A stretch of DNA of 64,000 bases from a phage. The notes beneath the pieces were generated by a model. It worked only from the letters and a program-made list of their open reading frames with translations, ran no database searches and had not been told where the DNA came from. A program made the translations under genes and the position numbers. Location: NCBI GenBank assembly GCA_014435945.1, contig GCA_014435945.1_4088.1; one strand, 5' to 3'. Positions 36,145 through 45,262 of this stretch are shown here, one piece after another (position 1 is the stretch's first letter; every line of letters begins with the position of its first letter).

Positions 36145-36572
36145 TGACAAGAGATGATTGTTTGTACATATGGGATATAATTGAAACTACACTTTCAAAT
36201 CCAGAAAATTATAAAACAAAAAAAAGACAACGACACAAAATATGGATAGATTTGTTCGTTGAGGGCATACACGCAGTGACTATTTGGGATTCACCGAGGG
36301 CATCATCATCTACTCTGTTGGACAATGAATGCATTGATTGCATTAATTCCAATTTTCATCTCCACGGTACTACATATTTCGGCACATTTCTGGATATTGA
36401 AAGTAAAGATGATATTGATTCACTTGCTTTACAATACGGAGTACTGTATGATACTAAATTAATTTACGATTTAGTACTAGCTTCTTATGTGTATAAATTA
36501 ATGATGAAATACAATCACATTTCTGTATCAGTTTATACTAAGGATATTCTTTCATTAAGAGACAAAACATGA
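36144..36572 (+). CDS. hypothetical protein, degenerate F2-like
   Basis: ATGA overlap; weak motif SLALQYGVLYD. Confidence 0.5.
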   Translation: MTRDDCLYIWDIIETTLSNPENYKTKKRQRHKIWIDLFVEGIHAVTIWDSPRASSSTLLDNECIDCINSNFHLHGTTYFGTFLDIESKDDIDSLALQYGVLYDTKLIYDLVLASYVYKLMMKYNHISVSVYTKDILSLRDKT

Positions 36573-37075
36573 GTTTATTAAATGCACGAGAATTAGTTGA
36601 GATGTATGAGATCTTATCTTCATATAAAAATTCCCCAAAAGATGTAATTCTAAACAAAAAGTTCCATGTCAATGTTGATCATATGAAAAATATAGATATG
36701 ATTTCTTTAGTGGAAAGTCGCAAATCGGGTATTGAGCGTGATATCATGCGTTTGATTTATATTACCAAACCATCATATACTAATGATAGTTCAATTAGTA
36801 ATGAGACGTTTTTGTACACTCCTTATACTGATTGTACTTTAGTTTCAATGTCTAATCAGAAACAAGATACTATCCAATTCATCAATACCAGTACTGATAA
36901 CATTGAAGAAAATGAATTCCAAAACAATACATTAAGTTCATGTAGTAGTGTTATAACCTTTATGTCATATCTGTGGTCAATCAAATCAAATGCAATTGTA
37001 TATAGTTCTAATTACACACAAGATAGTATTGTTGAATCATTTAAAGTTCTAAAGGAATACTATGAAAATAACTAA
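36569..37075 (+). CDS. F2 paralog protein
   Basis: F2 module EENEFQNNTLSS. Confidence 0.55.
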   Translation: MSLLNARELVEMYEILSSYKNSPKDVILNKKFHVNVDHMKNIDMISLVESRKSGIERDIMRLIYITKPSYTNDSSISNETFLYTPYTDCTLVSMSNQKQDTIQFINTSTDNIEENEFQNNTLSSCSSVITFMSYLWSIKSNAIVYSSNYTQDSIVESFKVLKEYYENN

Positions 37076-37643
37076 TGATTTTATTAGAAGCTTAGTGCAC
37101 CCTATGCTTGGTGTTATGAAAAAATTACAAACTCTACCTGAAGACAACGATTACAAGTTTAATCGTTTTGATTCAGATGTGTTTTGTATTGAAATGGAAA
37201 TTAATAACAATCGTTATTTTCATTTAAAATTCAAAGAATCGTCGAGTTCGCACTACAACTTTGACATGAATTTTAAAATAAGCAATGATATTGAAGAAAA
37301 CGCAATATCAAATCATATTAGCAGAAATGGTTTCATGCATAGAACTAATATGTTCAATAATAAAAACAGTATTATATCTAAATGGAATCATCAATTCACT
37401 AAAATTTGTGATATTGATTGCAGTACATTTGGTGAAGAACAATACTTTCAGTTAAGTACAATACATGAACTTCCACCATATGATTGTGTAAAAACATGGT
37501 TTGATATTCATAATATAATTGATGATGCAATCGTACTTCCATTTGGGTTGTCAATATCATATACTGCACCTAAAACGTTTGTTTTTACTGAAGATATGAT
37601 TATGAAAAAGATATGGGCGATGATCCCACTTATGCTTGATTAA
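37062..37643 (+). CDS. F2 paralog protein
   Basis: F2 module EEQYFQLSTIHELP; paired with next gene. Confidence 0.6.
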   Translation: MKITNDFIRSLVHPMLGVMKKLQTLPEDNDYKFNRFDSDVFCIEMEINNNRYFHLKFKESSSSHYNFDMNFKISNDIEENAISNHISRNGFMHRTNMFNNKNSIISKWNHQFTKICDIDCSTFGEEQYFQLSTIHELPPYDCVKTWFDIHNIIDDAIVLPFGLSISYTAPKTFVFTEDMIMKKIWAMIPLMLD

Positions 37644-37654
37644 CGGAGAACTAC

Positions 37655-38206
37655 ATGAATCAAAGTCATGATCTTTTTAAATTATGTGCATCCAAAGATG
37701 TGGAAGGATGGGCAGATAAAATCAATACAATTATTAACCGTTATCTTGGCTTCTGTGCACGTTCACGAAGTGAAGGTTCAATGCGTTTCCAAATAACCAT
37801 GACAATCGATGGTGTTACGATTTATGTCAACGAAGAACGTCTTGGTATTAATCTCTATGATAGTTGTGTCTTTGCTATTCACCAGAAAATGGGGGCAGGT
37901 TGGGGTTGTAATAATATGAACACCAATGCTTTTTTCTGGGTAGGTCATAGCAACACAGTACTTGATCCTTCAAAGAAATCAAACCTTTTAGATGATAATT
38001 TGGTATATGATTTAGCTTACTCTGAAGAACAACATTTCCAGTTAAGTACAATACATAGCTTAGTTCAATATGAAGATTGTATCAAAGCATTAGAATTATG
38101 CCATTCACTTGAACTTAAAGAAAAATTGATACAAATTTACCCATTGTTCTTCCATGAAGAAGTACAATGCACACTAGATCATATTTTATATGGGTACGAC
38201 AAATGA
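37655..38206 (+). CDS. F2 paralog protein
   Basis: F2 module EEQHFQLSTIHSLV. Confidence 0.6.
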   Translation: MNQSHDLFKLCASKDVEGWADKINTIINRYLGFCARSRSEGSMRFQITMTIDGVTIYVNEERLGINLYDSCVFAIHQKMGAGWGCNNMNTNAFFWVGHSNTVLDPSKKSNLLDDNLVYDLAYSEEQHFQLSTIHSLVQYEDCIKALELCHSLELKEKLIQIYPLFFHEEVQCTLDHILYGYDK

Positions 38207-38805
38207 GAAAAAGTTATCAAGAAGCTATTGACCTAATTCGAGAAGTTATTAAGGTGGCTCCTGGTGCGATAGCATTCAAGAAGTCCCTATATAAAAAGTA
38301 TGGCTCTATGTCAAGTATGTGCTGTCAAAAGAAACGTAGTAAATTCACTACGCAGTACTGGCACGATTCTATTATCCTGAGTAATGAACATCAGCGTATT
38401 TTAACAATCGAATCAGTAGATAATCAATATGGTGAAGGAATGATTTGTGTTCCTGACTATGATGAAATTAATTTCAATTGTGGAGATTATGAGACAACAT
38501 TATTATTACACGAGGGTTACCCTGAAGGTGATGTAATGGCAGAGTATAATCCAAAAACCAAAATACTGAAACATGGTATGCAGTTCAAAATCAATAATAA
38601 AGATGATGTGGAAGCAGCACTAATGCAACTTAGTACTAGTGAACCTATCACTATTGATGTAGAAGAGTTATGGGGCATCATTTCAGTACTTAATGAGTGT
38701 TATAAAATTAAATCATTACATAAGTACTCTATCATTTTACATACTAATTGTGCAATGATAAAATGCAAGAACATACAAGAGATGGTGGTTCCAGATGAAC
38801 TTTAA
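38203..38805 (+). CDS. F2 paralog protein
   Basis: F2-like EAALMQLSTSEP; start at ATGA overlap (track 38167). Confidence 0.55.
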   Translation: MRKSYQEAIDLIREVIKVAPGAIAFKKSLYKKYGSMSSMCCQKKRSKFTTQYWHDSIILSNEHQRILTIESVDNQYGEGMICVPDYDEINFNCGDYETTLLLHEGYPEGDVMAEYNPKTKILKHGMQFKINNKDDVEAALMQLSTSEPITIDVEELWGIISVLNECYKIKSLHKYSIILHTNCAMIKCKNIQEMVVPDEL

Positions 38806-39379
38806 AGAAATAGAAAGTAAAATTAAGTACTTCAAAGATATTAAAAAACTTTGGGAAAAGTATAAAATTGATTATCAGTTCCAAGATGATGATACGGTTC
38901 AAAGCATTGATATTAATATTCGTGTGAAGTTCAAGAATGGCAATTATGGCGAAGTTAAATTGAATGCTATTGGTGTATTCCTTAAGGATTATGATGGTTC
39001 TTCACTCGCTCAATTCGATTTCACACCTGATCCTGATGATATGTTATTGAGTGAAGTCAATGCATATGACCTTGAGATGTTTAATGGTAAACCTTTACTA
39101 TTCCGCTTATCAGATGAATGGGATGAGATTTACTACACATACAAAGATGGTGTGATTCGAGACGTAAATGATGAAGTAGTAAATGATATGGAAGAACGTC
39201 TATTTCAAGAATCATGTGTGTCATCGGAGTCATATACATATCAATATCTACTTGACATGTTCGATTTGTATAGTAAAATAGATTCAGAAATGAGTACATT
39301 GGGTATTCATTATCTTACAATCAACGACTTTGCACAACTTGAAACAGCGGTTAAAGCCCTGGTCAAAGTACTGAAATAG
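38795..39379 (+). CDS. F2 paralog protein
   Basis: F2 module EERLFQESCVSSE. Confidence 0.6.
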   Translation: MNFKEIESKIKYFKDIKKLWEKYKIDYQFQDDDTVQSIDINIRVKFKNGNYGEVKLNAIGVFLKDYDGSSLAQFDFTPDPDDMLLSEVNAYDLEMFNGKPLLFRLSDEWDEIYYTYKDGVIRDVNDEVVNDMEERLFQESCVSSESYTYQYLLDMFDLYSKIDSEMSTLGIHYLTINDFAQLETAVKALVKVLK

Positions 39380-39388
39380 GAATGAATA

Positions 39389-39802
39389 ATGAAACTGTAT
39401 CATGCGAGTACTGTAAAAATTGATAACTTTTATATCCCGTATGGTGGCCTTCATATGGGAGGTAAACACAGTGCTTTAGAAGCTGCATTACGCAAACTGA
39501 GAAGCCCACTAAACGTCGTTGACGCTGATACAGTATACTTGCATACATTAGAAGTTGATGTTGATAACGTGCTTCTATGGACGGATATGGGCAGTGATGA
39601 TGAATGGCGTGGAGTGATTGAGTACTGCGAAATTAACGGCTATGATGCAGTTCAGTACCAAAACGATTACGAACCAGATACAGTTCCTAGCTATATGATT
39701 TGGGATACGTCTAAGGTTCGCATTATTGAAGTTGATGCGATGCATATGGATGAAGCTGAAATGATCATCGAAGATTTCCTTGATGAATATGAAGGTGTAT
39801 AA
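39389..39802 (+). CDS. hypothetical protein (137 aa), not F2
   Basis: N-terminus MKLYHASTVKIDNFYIPYGG; distinct from neighbours. Confidence 0.55.
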   Translation: MKLYHASTVKIDNFYIPYGGLHMGGKHSALEAALRKLRSPLNVVDADTVYLHTLEVDVDNVLLWTDMGSDDEWRGVIEYCEINGYDAVQYQNDYEPDTVPSYMIWDTSKVRIIEVDAMHMDEAEMIIEDFLDEYEGV

Positions 39803-40320
39803 TGATTGAACCTATGACAGTACTAGCACGTACTAAATTATTATTGAAGATTGGTGAGATATTCACTGATATTTTGTACAGTGGGATTGATATACATGAA
39901 TTAGGCATTAAGCAACCGTGGGAAATAACCAAGTTCTCTGCGTTCTATCGTTTATCATATAAAGGGGAAACGGTTCTGGACTGGAACCCCAAAGCCAAAT
40001 TCATGGAATATGCGGCGTTATATGGAAGCAATGGTGGTATAACAAATAATTTTAAAGAAATTAAAGTCCTAATTGGGTCAAAGGAATTTAATGATCTACT
40101 ATATCCAGAATTTAAGTTAACAGAAGAATTAATATTTCAGTACTCATTGATTTTAAAAGATCTTAATGATTTAAAGTACTACAAAGAGTTAGTAGATATT
40201 TTTATTAATACTCGACTTTCAAAAGATATTGTGATATTCTGGTATGTTGAGTATGTTACAGAGGAATTGCTTGAAGAATTTCTTCTAAATATGACAGCAA
40301 TCAAGGAGAAGTTATGTTAG
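39802..40320 (+). CDS. F2 paralog protein
   Basis: F2 module EELIFQYSLILKD. Confidence 0.6.
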   Translation: MIEPMTVLARTKLLLKIGEIFTDILYSGIDIHELGIKQPWEITKFSAFYRLSYKGETVLDWNPKAKFMEYAALYGSNGGITNNFKEIKVLIGSKEFNDLLYPEFKLTEELIFQYSLILKDLNDLKYYKELVDIFINTRLSKDIVIFWYVEYVTEELLEEFLLNMTAIKEKLC

Positions 40321-40787
40321 ATATTTTAGGAAACATCGATACAGCAAATTATTTTATTCAAGATGCACTGTTCAATACAGTACAGAAAGGGTTGGATGTA
40401 CGATGTAATATCCATCAGGGAGATGGGTATTTTGTTGATATCACTGAAACACGCAAGAACGTGTTCAATTTAAACATTACAACATTAGCACGTCAGAACA
40501 TTGCACGTATTTTGGTCAATAAAGATGAAGTAGTTCTTCGTTATAATTCCAAATTCTTGTTCACATACAAGAAGAAGACTGACATGTTCAGTACTAATTT
40601 GTTTGATGAACCCTTCAATCTGGAAGACTTAGAAGCAACTTTCTTTACACAGAACACTATGCTGAAATTCAATGATGTTGAATTTTCATCAGAAGTAATG
40701 TCTGAAACACTACAAATGGTTAAGGTAGTATTCTATGCTTTTCAACAGTTTAACGAAGAACGAAACAAGGTTAACAACAACAGATGA
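40314..40787 (+). CDS. F2 paralog protein
   Basis: F2-like EATFFTQNTMLKFND. Confidence 0.55.
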   Translation: MLDILGNIDTANYFIQDALFNTVQKGLDVRCNIHQGDGYFVDITETRKNVFNLNITTLARQNIARILVNKDEVVLRYNSKFLFTYKKKTDMFSTNLFDEPFNLEDLEATFFTQNTMLKFNDVEFSSEVMSETLQMVKVVFYAFQQFNEERNKVNNNR

Positions 40788-41148
40788 ACTAATCGCGGCG
40801 ATGGGAGCCAATGAGAAATACTTCAATGGGATTCATTTTTTTAAAACGGATCTTAGTGAAAGTAAAGTACTATATGTGTATGGTTCCCAGTACTGCATTG
40901 TTACAAAGCACCCCGACGCGATTTCACTAAAATTTAATACTTATTCAAAAAACTTCTTGACGATTAATAAAAGCAATGTTACTATGTCTGGTATAGGGAA
41001 TCAGGTTGTTGAGATTCCTTTGGACTCAATTGATTCTATTGAGTTCTTTCAATACGAGTGCTTAGGTGTTGATTTTGGTACGGTCAGTACTGAATCTATG
41101 CGAACATTAATTAATCTACTTAAAGGTAAAGTTCATGCTTTTAACTAA
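40735..41148 (+). CDS. F2 paralog protein
   Basis: F2 module SIEFFQYECLGVD; AAGG RBS; 53-nt overlap with upstream gene. Confidence 0.5.
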   Translation: MLFNSLTKNETRLTTTDELIAAMGANEKYFNGIHFFKTDLSESKVLYVYGSQYCIVTKHPDAISLKFNTYSKNFLTINKSNVTMSGIGNQVVEIPLDSIDSIEFFQYECLGVDFGTVSTESMRTLINLLKGKVHAFN

Positions 41149-41635
41149 TTCGATGAAGAATTCATTTAAAATTATCAAAGAAATACTAAATGGTTCTAAA
41201 AATCATAGTGGGTCTTCCTTTACTAGTGACCAGATCCAACACAGTACAAAGGATTGTACTGTAATCTTTGGGTTACATAGTCTGCGTTTGACAATAGTAA
41301 ATAATATTGATAACACAGCAATTGTAATCACCCCATGTCATATTCAGAATGAAACTGGTGTATACTTACACCACATGGGGACTGTATTCTACATCTTCAA
41401 TACTGAAGAAAATATTGTTAAAGAATACAACACACTCAATGTTGATGCGGGTGAGTTATTTCAATTGAGTACTGTCAATGATTGTAACTTCAGTGACAAT
41501 GCAGAAGTACTTCCATTGTTTCTAAGTCTTCTCAATAACATGGAAAAACTAACCACTGCATACAACAAAAATGACGTACCGCAAGCAGTATTGAATATCA
41601 CCGAAGCAATGGAGAAATACAAAGCTGTGACCTAA
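41135..41635 (+). CDS. F2 paralog protein
   Basis: F2 module AGELFQLSTVNDCN. Confidence 0.55.
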   Translation: MLLTNSMKNSFKIIKEILNGSKNHSGSSFTSDQIQHSTKDCTVIFGLHSLRLTIVNNIDNTAIVITPCHIQNETGVYLHHMGTVFYIFNTEENIVKEYNTLNVDAGELFQLSTVNDCNFSDNAEVLPLFLSLLNNMEKLTTAYNKNDVPQAVLNITEAMEKYKAVT

Positions 41636-41677
41636 TATATGTGCACATGGAGTGCCTTTGAAGATCAAGGATAGATC

Positions 41678-42151
41678 ATGGAGATTAAAACTGTTGAGAA
41701 TGGAAAGATAGATGACATTTTAGAGTTGGACGCATTCAAAGTTCATGATATAATGTTCAATGTAAAGGACATAATTCAGTGCTTGTTTTTATGCAGTAAA
41801 ACTATGCACGACTTCTTTCACAATCCAAATACTAATGTTTTTATACTAACAATCAGTACTAGCAATTCGTTTATCATGGGTATGCCTATGAGTACAAATG
41901 ACGAGTACATTGATTGTGTTATTCGTAACAATGATAATATTACCCCACAATCTGAAGTACGTAAGAAAAAGAATACATACACTATCAAAGATGATAAAAT
42001 CATGATGTGTTGTAGTAAAGGGTTTATTTTGGATAATTTTAAAGTGAAAGATAGTTATCATGATTTTAAAGTATCAGAGACACAAACTAATGTAGTTCTT
42101 TACGCAAGTGATATTGAAAGCCTAACAGTTAAAGATCCCGATTTGGAGTAA
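41678..42151 (+). CDS. hypothetical protein (157 aa)
   Basis: ORF with AAGG upstream; no family motif. Confidence 0.55.
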   Translation: MEIKTVENGKIDDILELDAFKVHDIMFNVKDIIQCLFLCSKTMHDFFHNPNTNVFILTISTSNSFIMGMPMSTNDEYIDCVIRNNDNITPQSEVRKKKNTYTIKDDKIMMCCSKGFILDNFKVKDSYHDFKVSETQTNVVLYASDIESLTVKDPDLE

Positions 42152-42153
42152 GT

Positions 42154-42285
42154 ATGGCTAAAAATGTAAACAACTTTGTACAAAAGCATATGAATGAGTT
42201 TAATAAACCTCAAACACATGTGGACCGTAAAAAAGCAATGAAGAATGGTAAAGTAAAACACAAGTCGAGATTTATTCTCGACTAA
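42154..42285 (+). CDS. small basic protein (43 aa)
   Basis: Unlisted ORF MAKNVNNFVQKHMNEFNKPQTHVDRKKAMKNGKVKHKSRFILD; GGAG 5 nt upstream; hairpin plus T-run 42264-42291 overlaps its end. Confidence 0.45.
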   Translation: MAKNVNNFVQKHMNEFNKPQTHVDRKKAMKNGKVKHKSRFILD

Positions 42286-42318
42286 TTTTTTGTCCGAAAT
42301 TTAGGAGATTGTATTACT

Positions 42319-43167
42319 ATGGATACAACAGATTTTCGTAATTTCAAAAAGTATTCAGTACTTGAACATATCAACGAATTTCTGAATTCCCCAACACCAT
42401 TTGGTATCAGTACATCAGATACATACGATGGATATAGAATCTTCCCATGCAATGACTTTCAAATTTCTGTCAAAAAAGGTACTTCAAAAGAAGTTGCAAT
42501 TCGTGATGTAGTACTGTATAGCGATTCTTCTATTTCTTACTGTCATGATGTGAACAATTTTGAATCTCTTTCAACACCTAATTGTTCATACTACAAATCG
42601 AATGACACTATGATGTACAAAGAAGAACACATCAATGGGGTTTCGTTTTATAAAACCGCCAGTGATAAATCTTATACATCTAGAGATGATTTTGGAAAAT
42701 ATACATGCACTATGTATACGGATGATGAAAAATCAAATCGTATTCATTCATTCGAATCCAAATTCAAAGAGAGTGAAGTTTCAAATATCACTATACAAGA
42801 ACAGGTTACCGAAGATGGTGTTGTGTATCGTAGTACTGCATTCTTCCGAATGAAAGATATTGCAACTGGTCGCCCAATGATGTATAATATTGACATATTC
42901 ATGAAAGGTGAAACATCGGAAGTGGTGATTAGTACTGGTTATCGTGCCAACTACACATTTACAATGCATTCACCTGATGCATCGTTGGTACATCTATTCA
43001 ACAATTTATATACTTTTCAATTCGAACTTGGTTTCGAAACAAATGAATATCAAATATTTGAGATATTAAAAAGTAATATTATTAAGAAATTGGAATATTA
43101 CTTCCAGTTAGGCGGGAAGATGAACATAGTTAATACTATGTTGTGCAACATAAAAGAAACAATGTAA
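42319..43167 (+). CDS. hypothetical protein (282 aa)
   Basis: ATG 42319 after AGGAGATTG; C-terminal EYYFQLGG resembles weak F2 motif. Confidence 0.6.
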   Translation: MDTTDFRNFKKYSVLEHINEFLNSPTPFGISTSDTYDGYRIFPCNDFQISVKKGTSKEVAIRDVVLYSDSSISYCHDVNNFESLSTPNCSYYKSNDTMMYKEEHINGVSFYKTASDKSYTSRDDFGKYTCTMYTDDEKSNRIHSFESKFKESEVSNITIQEQVTEDGVVYRSTAFFRMKDIATGRPMMYNIDIFMKGETSEVVISTGYRANYTFTMHSPDASLVHLFNNLYTFQFELGFETNEYQIFEILKSNIIKKLEYYFQLGGKMNIVNTMLCNIKETM

Positions 43168-43183
43168 TTATGGAGGATTTGGT

Positions 43184-43477
43184 ATGGATACTAAATTCAA
43201 ACTTATTTTCAAAACAGAACCGTATATCCCTTATACTGGTGAACGTTTTATTCCACCTGGTGCTGTGGAGATTGAGCATCCTGATGGAACAAAATTGTAT
43301 CTCAGCCCATGTTCATATGAACGTGCAGTTGAAATGCTAATTATGAATAGCAAACACTGTAGTAATAAGTACATTAGCTACTTATACAATGAACACATTC
43401 TAGAATTTAATGATGAGAATATGTTTATGCTGGCTATTAACGATTTCAATAACTGGCACGAAAGTTTGACTATTTGA
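43184..43477 (+). CDS. hypothetical protein (97 aa)
   Basis: ATG 43184 after GGAGGATTTGGT. Confidence 0.6.
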   Translation: MDTKFKLIFKTEPYIPYTGERFIPPGAVEIEHPDGTKLYLSPCSYERAVEMLIMNSKHCSNKYISYLYNEHILEFNDENMFMLAINDFNNWHESLTI

Positions 43478-43505
43478 TAAAATATTGTGGACATAACAAT
43501 TCCTT

Positions 43506-43515
43506 GTGATATAAT
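43506..43515 (+). promoter_or_regulatory. extended -10 promoter element
   Basis: GTGATATAAT with TG at 43507-43508 and hexamer 43510-43515; no good -35. Confidence 0.45.
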
Positions 43516-43548
43516 GTTCACATCTTTTTTTGATAAATGGAGATATAG

Positions 43549-43935
43549 ATGAATACAAGTTCTGTTCTAAAAGCGATTGGTGGTGTACTTCTGATTGAAG
43601 TCCAGGGTGAACCTAAGCTATGTTGCTTAGAAGACATGAAGAATACTAAACACTTCAGTACTGGACAGATTTTCAATGCTATTCGTGTTCTTAACGACAA
43701 ATCAGTACAAGACTATGGAAAGGTATGGCCTTCGTATGTAAATCCTGAAGGTGAAATTAGTGCTGATTGGAAAACAATTGAAGCAGTACGTGTGAGTTGT
43801 GAGAGCGATTGGGATTTCATCGTTGAAGTATGTGACCAACTGCAAGAAGATGTGCCAGAGATTGTCGAACGTAAAGAAGTTCTTGCACAACTTGATAAAT
43901 TCCGTCACGGTACTCTACCGTATGACGTAATCTAA
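43549..43935 (+). CDS. hypothetical protein (128 aa)
   Basis: ATG 43549 after GGAG. Confidence 0.6.
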   Translation: MNTSSVLKAIGGVLLIEVQGEPKLCCLEDMKNTKHFSTGQIFNAIRVLNDKSVQDYGKVWPSYVNPEGEISADWKTIEAVRVSCESDWDFIVEVCDQLQEDVPEIVERKEVLAQLDKFRHGTLPYDVI

Positions 43936-43986
43936 TCTGATTTATTAAAAACTATCTAACTAACATTATATAAAAAGGAATTTAAA

Positions 43987-44292
43987 ATGGAAGACAACGG
44001 AATGAAATTTGATATGTTTGAAGGTGTACCAGAGTTCGATTTCAATAAACTTGAAAATGGTGAAGAATCAGAACTAGTAAGTGTTACACTAAAATCAGAT
44101 ACCAAAAAGAAATATTCCCCATCAGTTCGTTCACGTTCTCAAGAAGAATATGAAACCTTCATTGATAGTATTCATTACGAAACGTTCCATCATGCAGATG
44201 GTACTCCGTATGAAGTTCGTGTTACAGTACTGAAGCCTGAAGTAAACCCAATGGAAAATCTACGTCCTGTTTACTGCTGGGCAAGCCACTAA
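43987..44292 (+). CDS. hypothetical protein (101 aa)
   Basis: ATG 43987 after AAAAGGAA. Confidence 0.6.
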   Translation: MEDNGMKFDMFEGVPEFDFNKLENGEESELVSVTLKSDTKKKYSPSVRSRSQEEYETFIDSIHYETFHHADGTPYEVRVTVLKPEVNPMENLRPVYCWASH

Positions 44293-44300
44293 TAAACCAA

Positions 44301-44331
44301 AGGACGGGATATAATATCTCGTCCTTTTTTT
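44301..44331 (+). terminator. rho-independent terminator
   Basis: 10-bp stem AGGACGGGAT / ATCTCGTCCT with one wobble, loop ATAAT, then TTTTTTT. Confidence 0.7.
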
Positions 44332-44343
44332 GTCTGGAGATAT

Positions 44344-45201
44344 ATGAAACTTTATCTAATCGTTGACTACAGTAAGGGTTATTATGACTACGCAGAAGAA
44401 TCTGAAGGGTATTGCTCGTCTACTAATGTCAATGTACGCACCAGTAATACACATGAGCATGAATCTATTACAAACCTAAAAGATTTCATCGCATATCGAG
44501 CATTTGAAAAGAATTTCTGTCGTAGTAGATATTCGAAGTTTGAGTACCCGTTGATTGATGTTCCTGATGAATTGATGTTCCAGTTAATGCTCACTGGAGT
44601 ACAAGATTATGATTACATCGCGTACAATCACATTACTAAGAAAATTTATATCGGTACGTCAACACATGACATTTCTATGTATGCATCATGCCCGGATGAT
44701 CGAATGAAGGATAGAAATTCACGAAATTCATACAGTAGTGGTTCAGTTGGTTTAAATGATGCATTAAATAAAAATTTATTCTTTGAGTACGAGTTTGATA
44801 ATCATCGAAGGAAAAAAGACCGAGAAGATTATTGTACTGAAATTGATAGTACCAATGGATATGAAGAAGTGAAAGAAGCGTTAATGCCATATATCCTTGA
44901 CAAGTACTACAAAGATTTTCAGTACTGTAGTAATTTTCTAATCCGAAATTCTATCATAATCGGTCGTCAAAGTACTGCATTCTCTAAGTACTACAATGAT
45001 TCCCCTGTTGCTGAAAATGAAAACTGTAATGTTCTCTCAATCCCACGTGAAGATATGGTATTCATGTTCACATCTTTCATTGAAGATGATGAGTTGTATG
45101 TAAAAAACAAGCACAGGTTCATGCCAAGTAAGATTGAGGTTATGAGAAGCTTAAGTGCAGATATCTTAACGAATTTCACTGAAAAAACAGAATACAACTG
45201 A
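44344..45201 (+). CDS. hypothetical protein (285 aa), F2-like
   Basis: Contains DELMFQLMLTGVQD; GGAG RBS. Confidence 0.55.
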   Translation: MKLYLIVDYSKGYYDYAEESEGYCSSTNVNVRTSNTHEHESITNLKDFIAYRAFEKNFCRSRYSKFEYPLIDVPDELMFQLMLTGVQDYDYIAYNHITKKIYIGTSTHDISMYASCPDDRMKDRNSRNSYSSGSVGLNDALNKNLFFEYEFDNHRRKKDREDYCTEIDSTNGYEEVKEALMPYILDKYYKDFQYCSNFLIRNSIIIGRQSTAFSKYYNDSPVAENENCNVLSIPREDMVFMFTSFIEDDELYVKNKHRFMPSKIEVMRSLSADILTNFTEKTEYN

Positions 45202-45230
45202 GACATACCATAAGTTTATGATATAATGTA

Positions 45231-45262
45231 AGGTGACAGCAGAATATGTTGTCACCTTTTTT
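45231..45262 (+). terminator. rho-independent terminator
   Basis: AGGTGACA stem, 11-nt loop, TGTCACCT then TTTTTT; GTGATATAAT-type element sits just upstream at 45219-45227. Confidence 0.65.

Noticed and set aside
7238-45201. Possible CRISPR array or other nucleotide repeat array, given the regular periodicity
   Set aside because: The periodic units are 200-600 bp protein-coding genes with conserved peptide motifs, not short direct DNA repeats with spacers; no cas genes are present.
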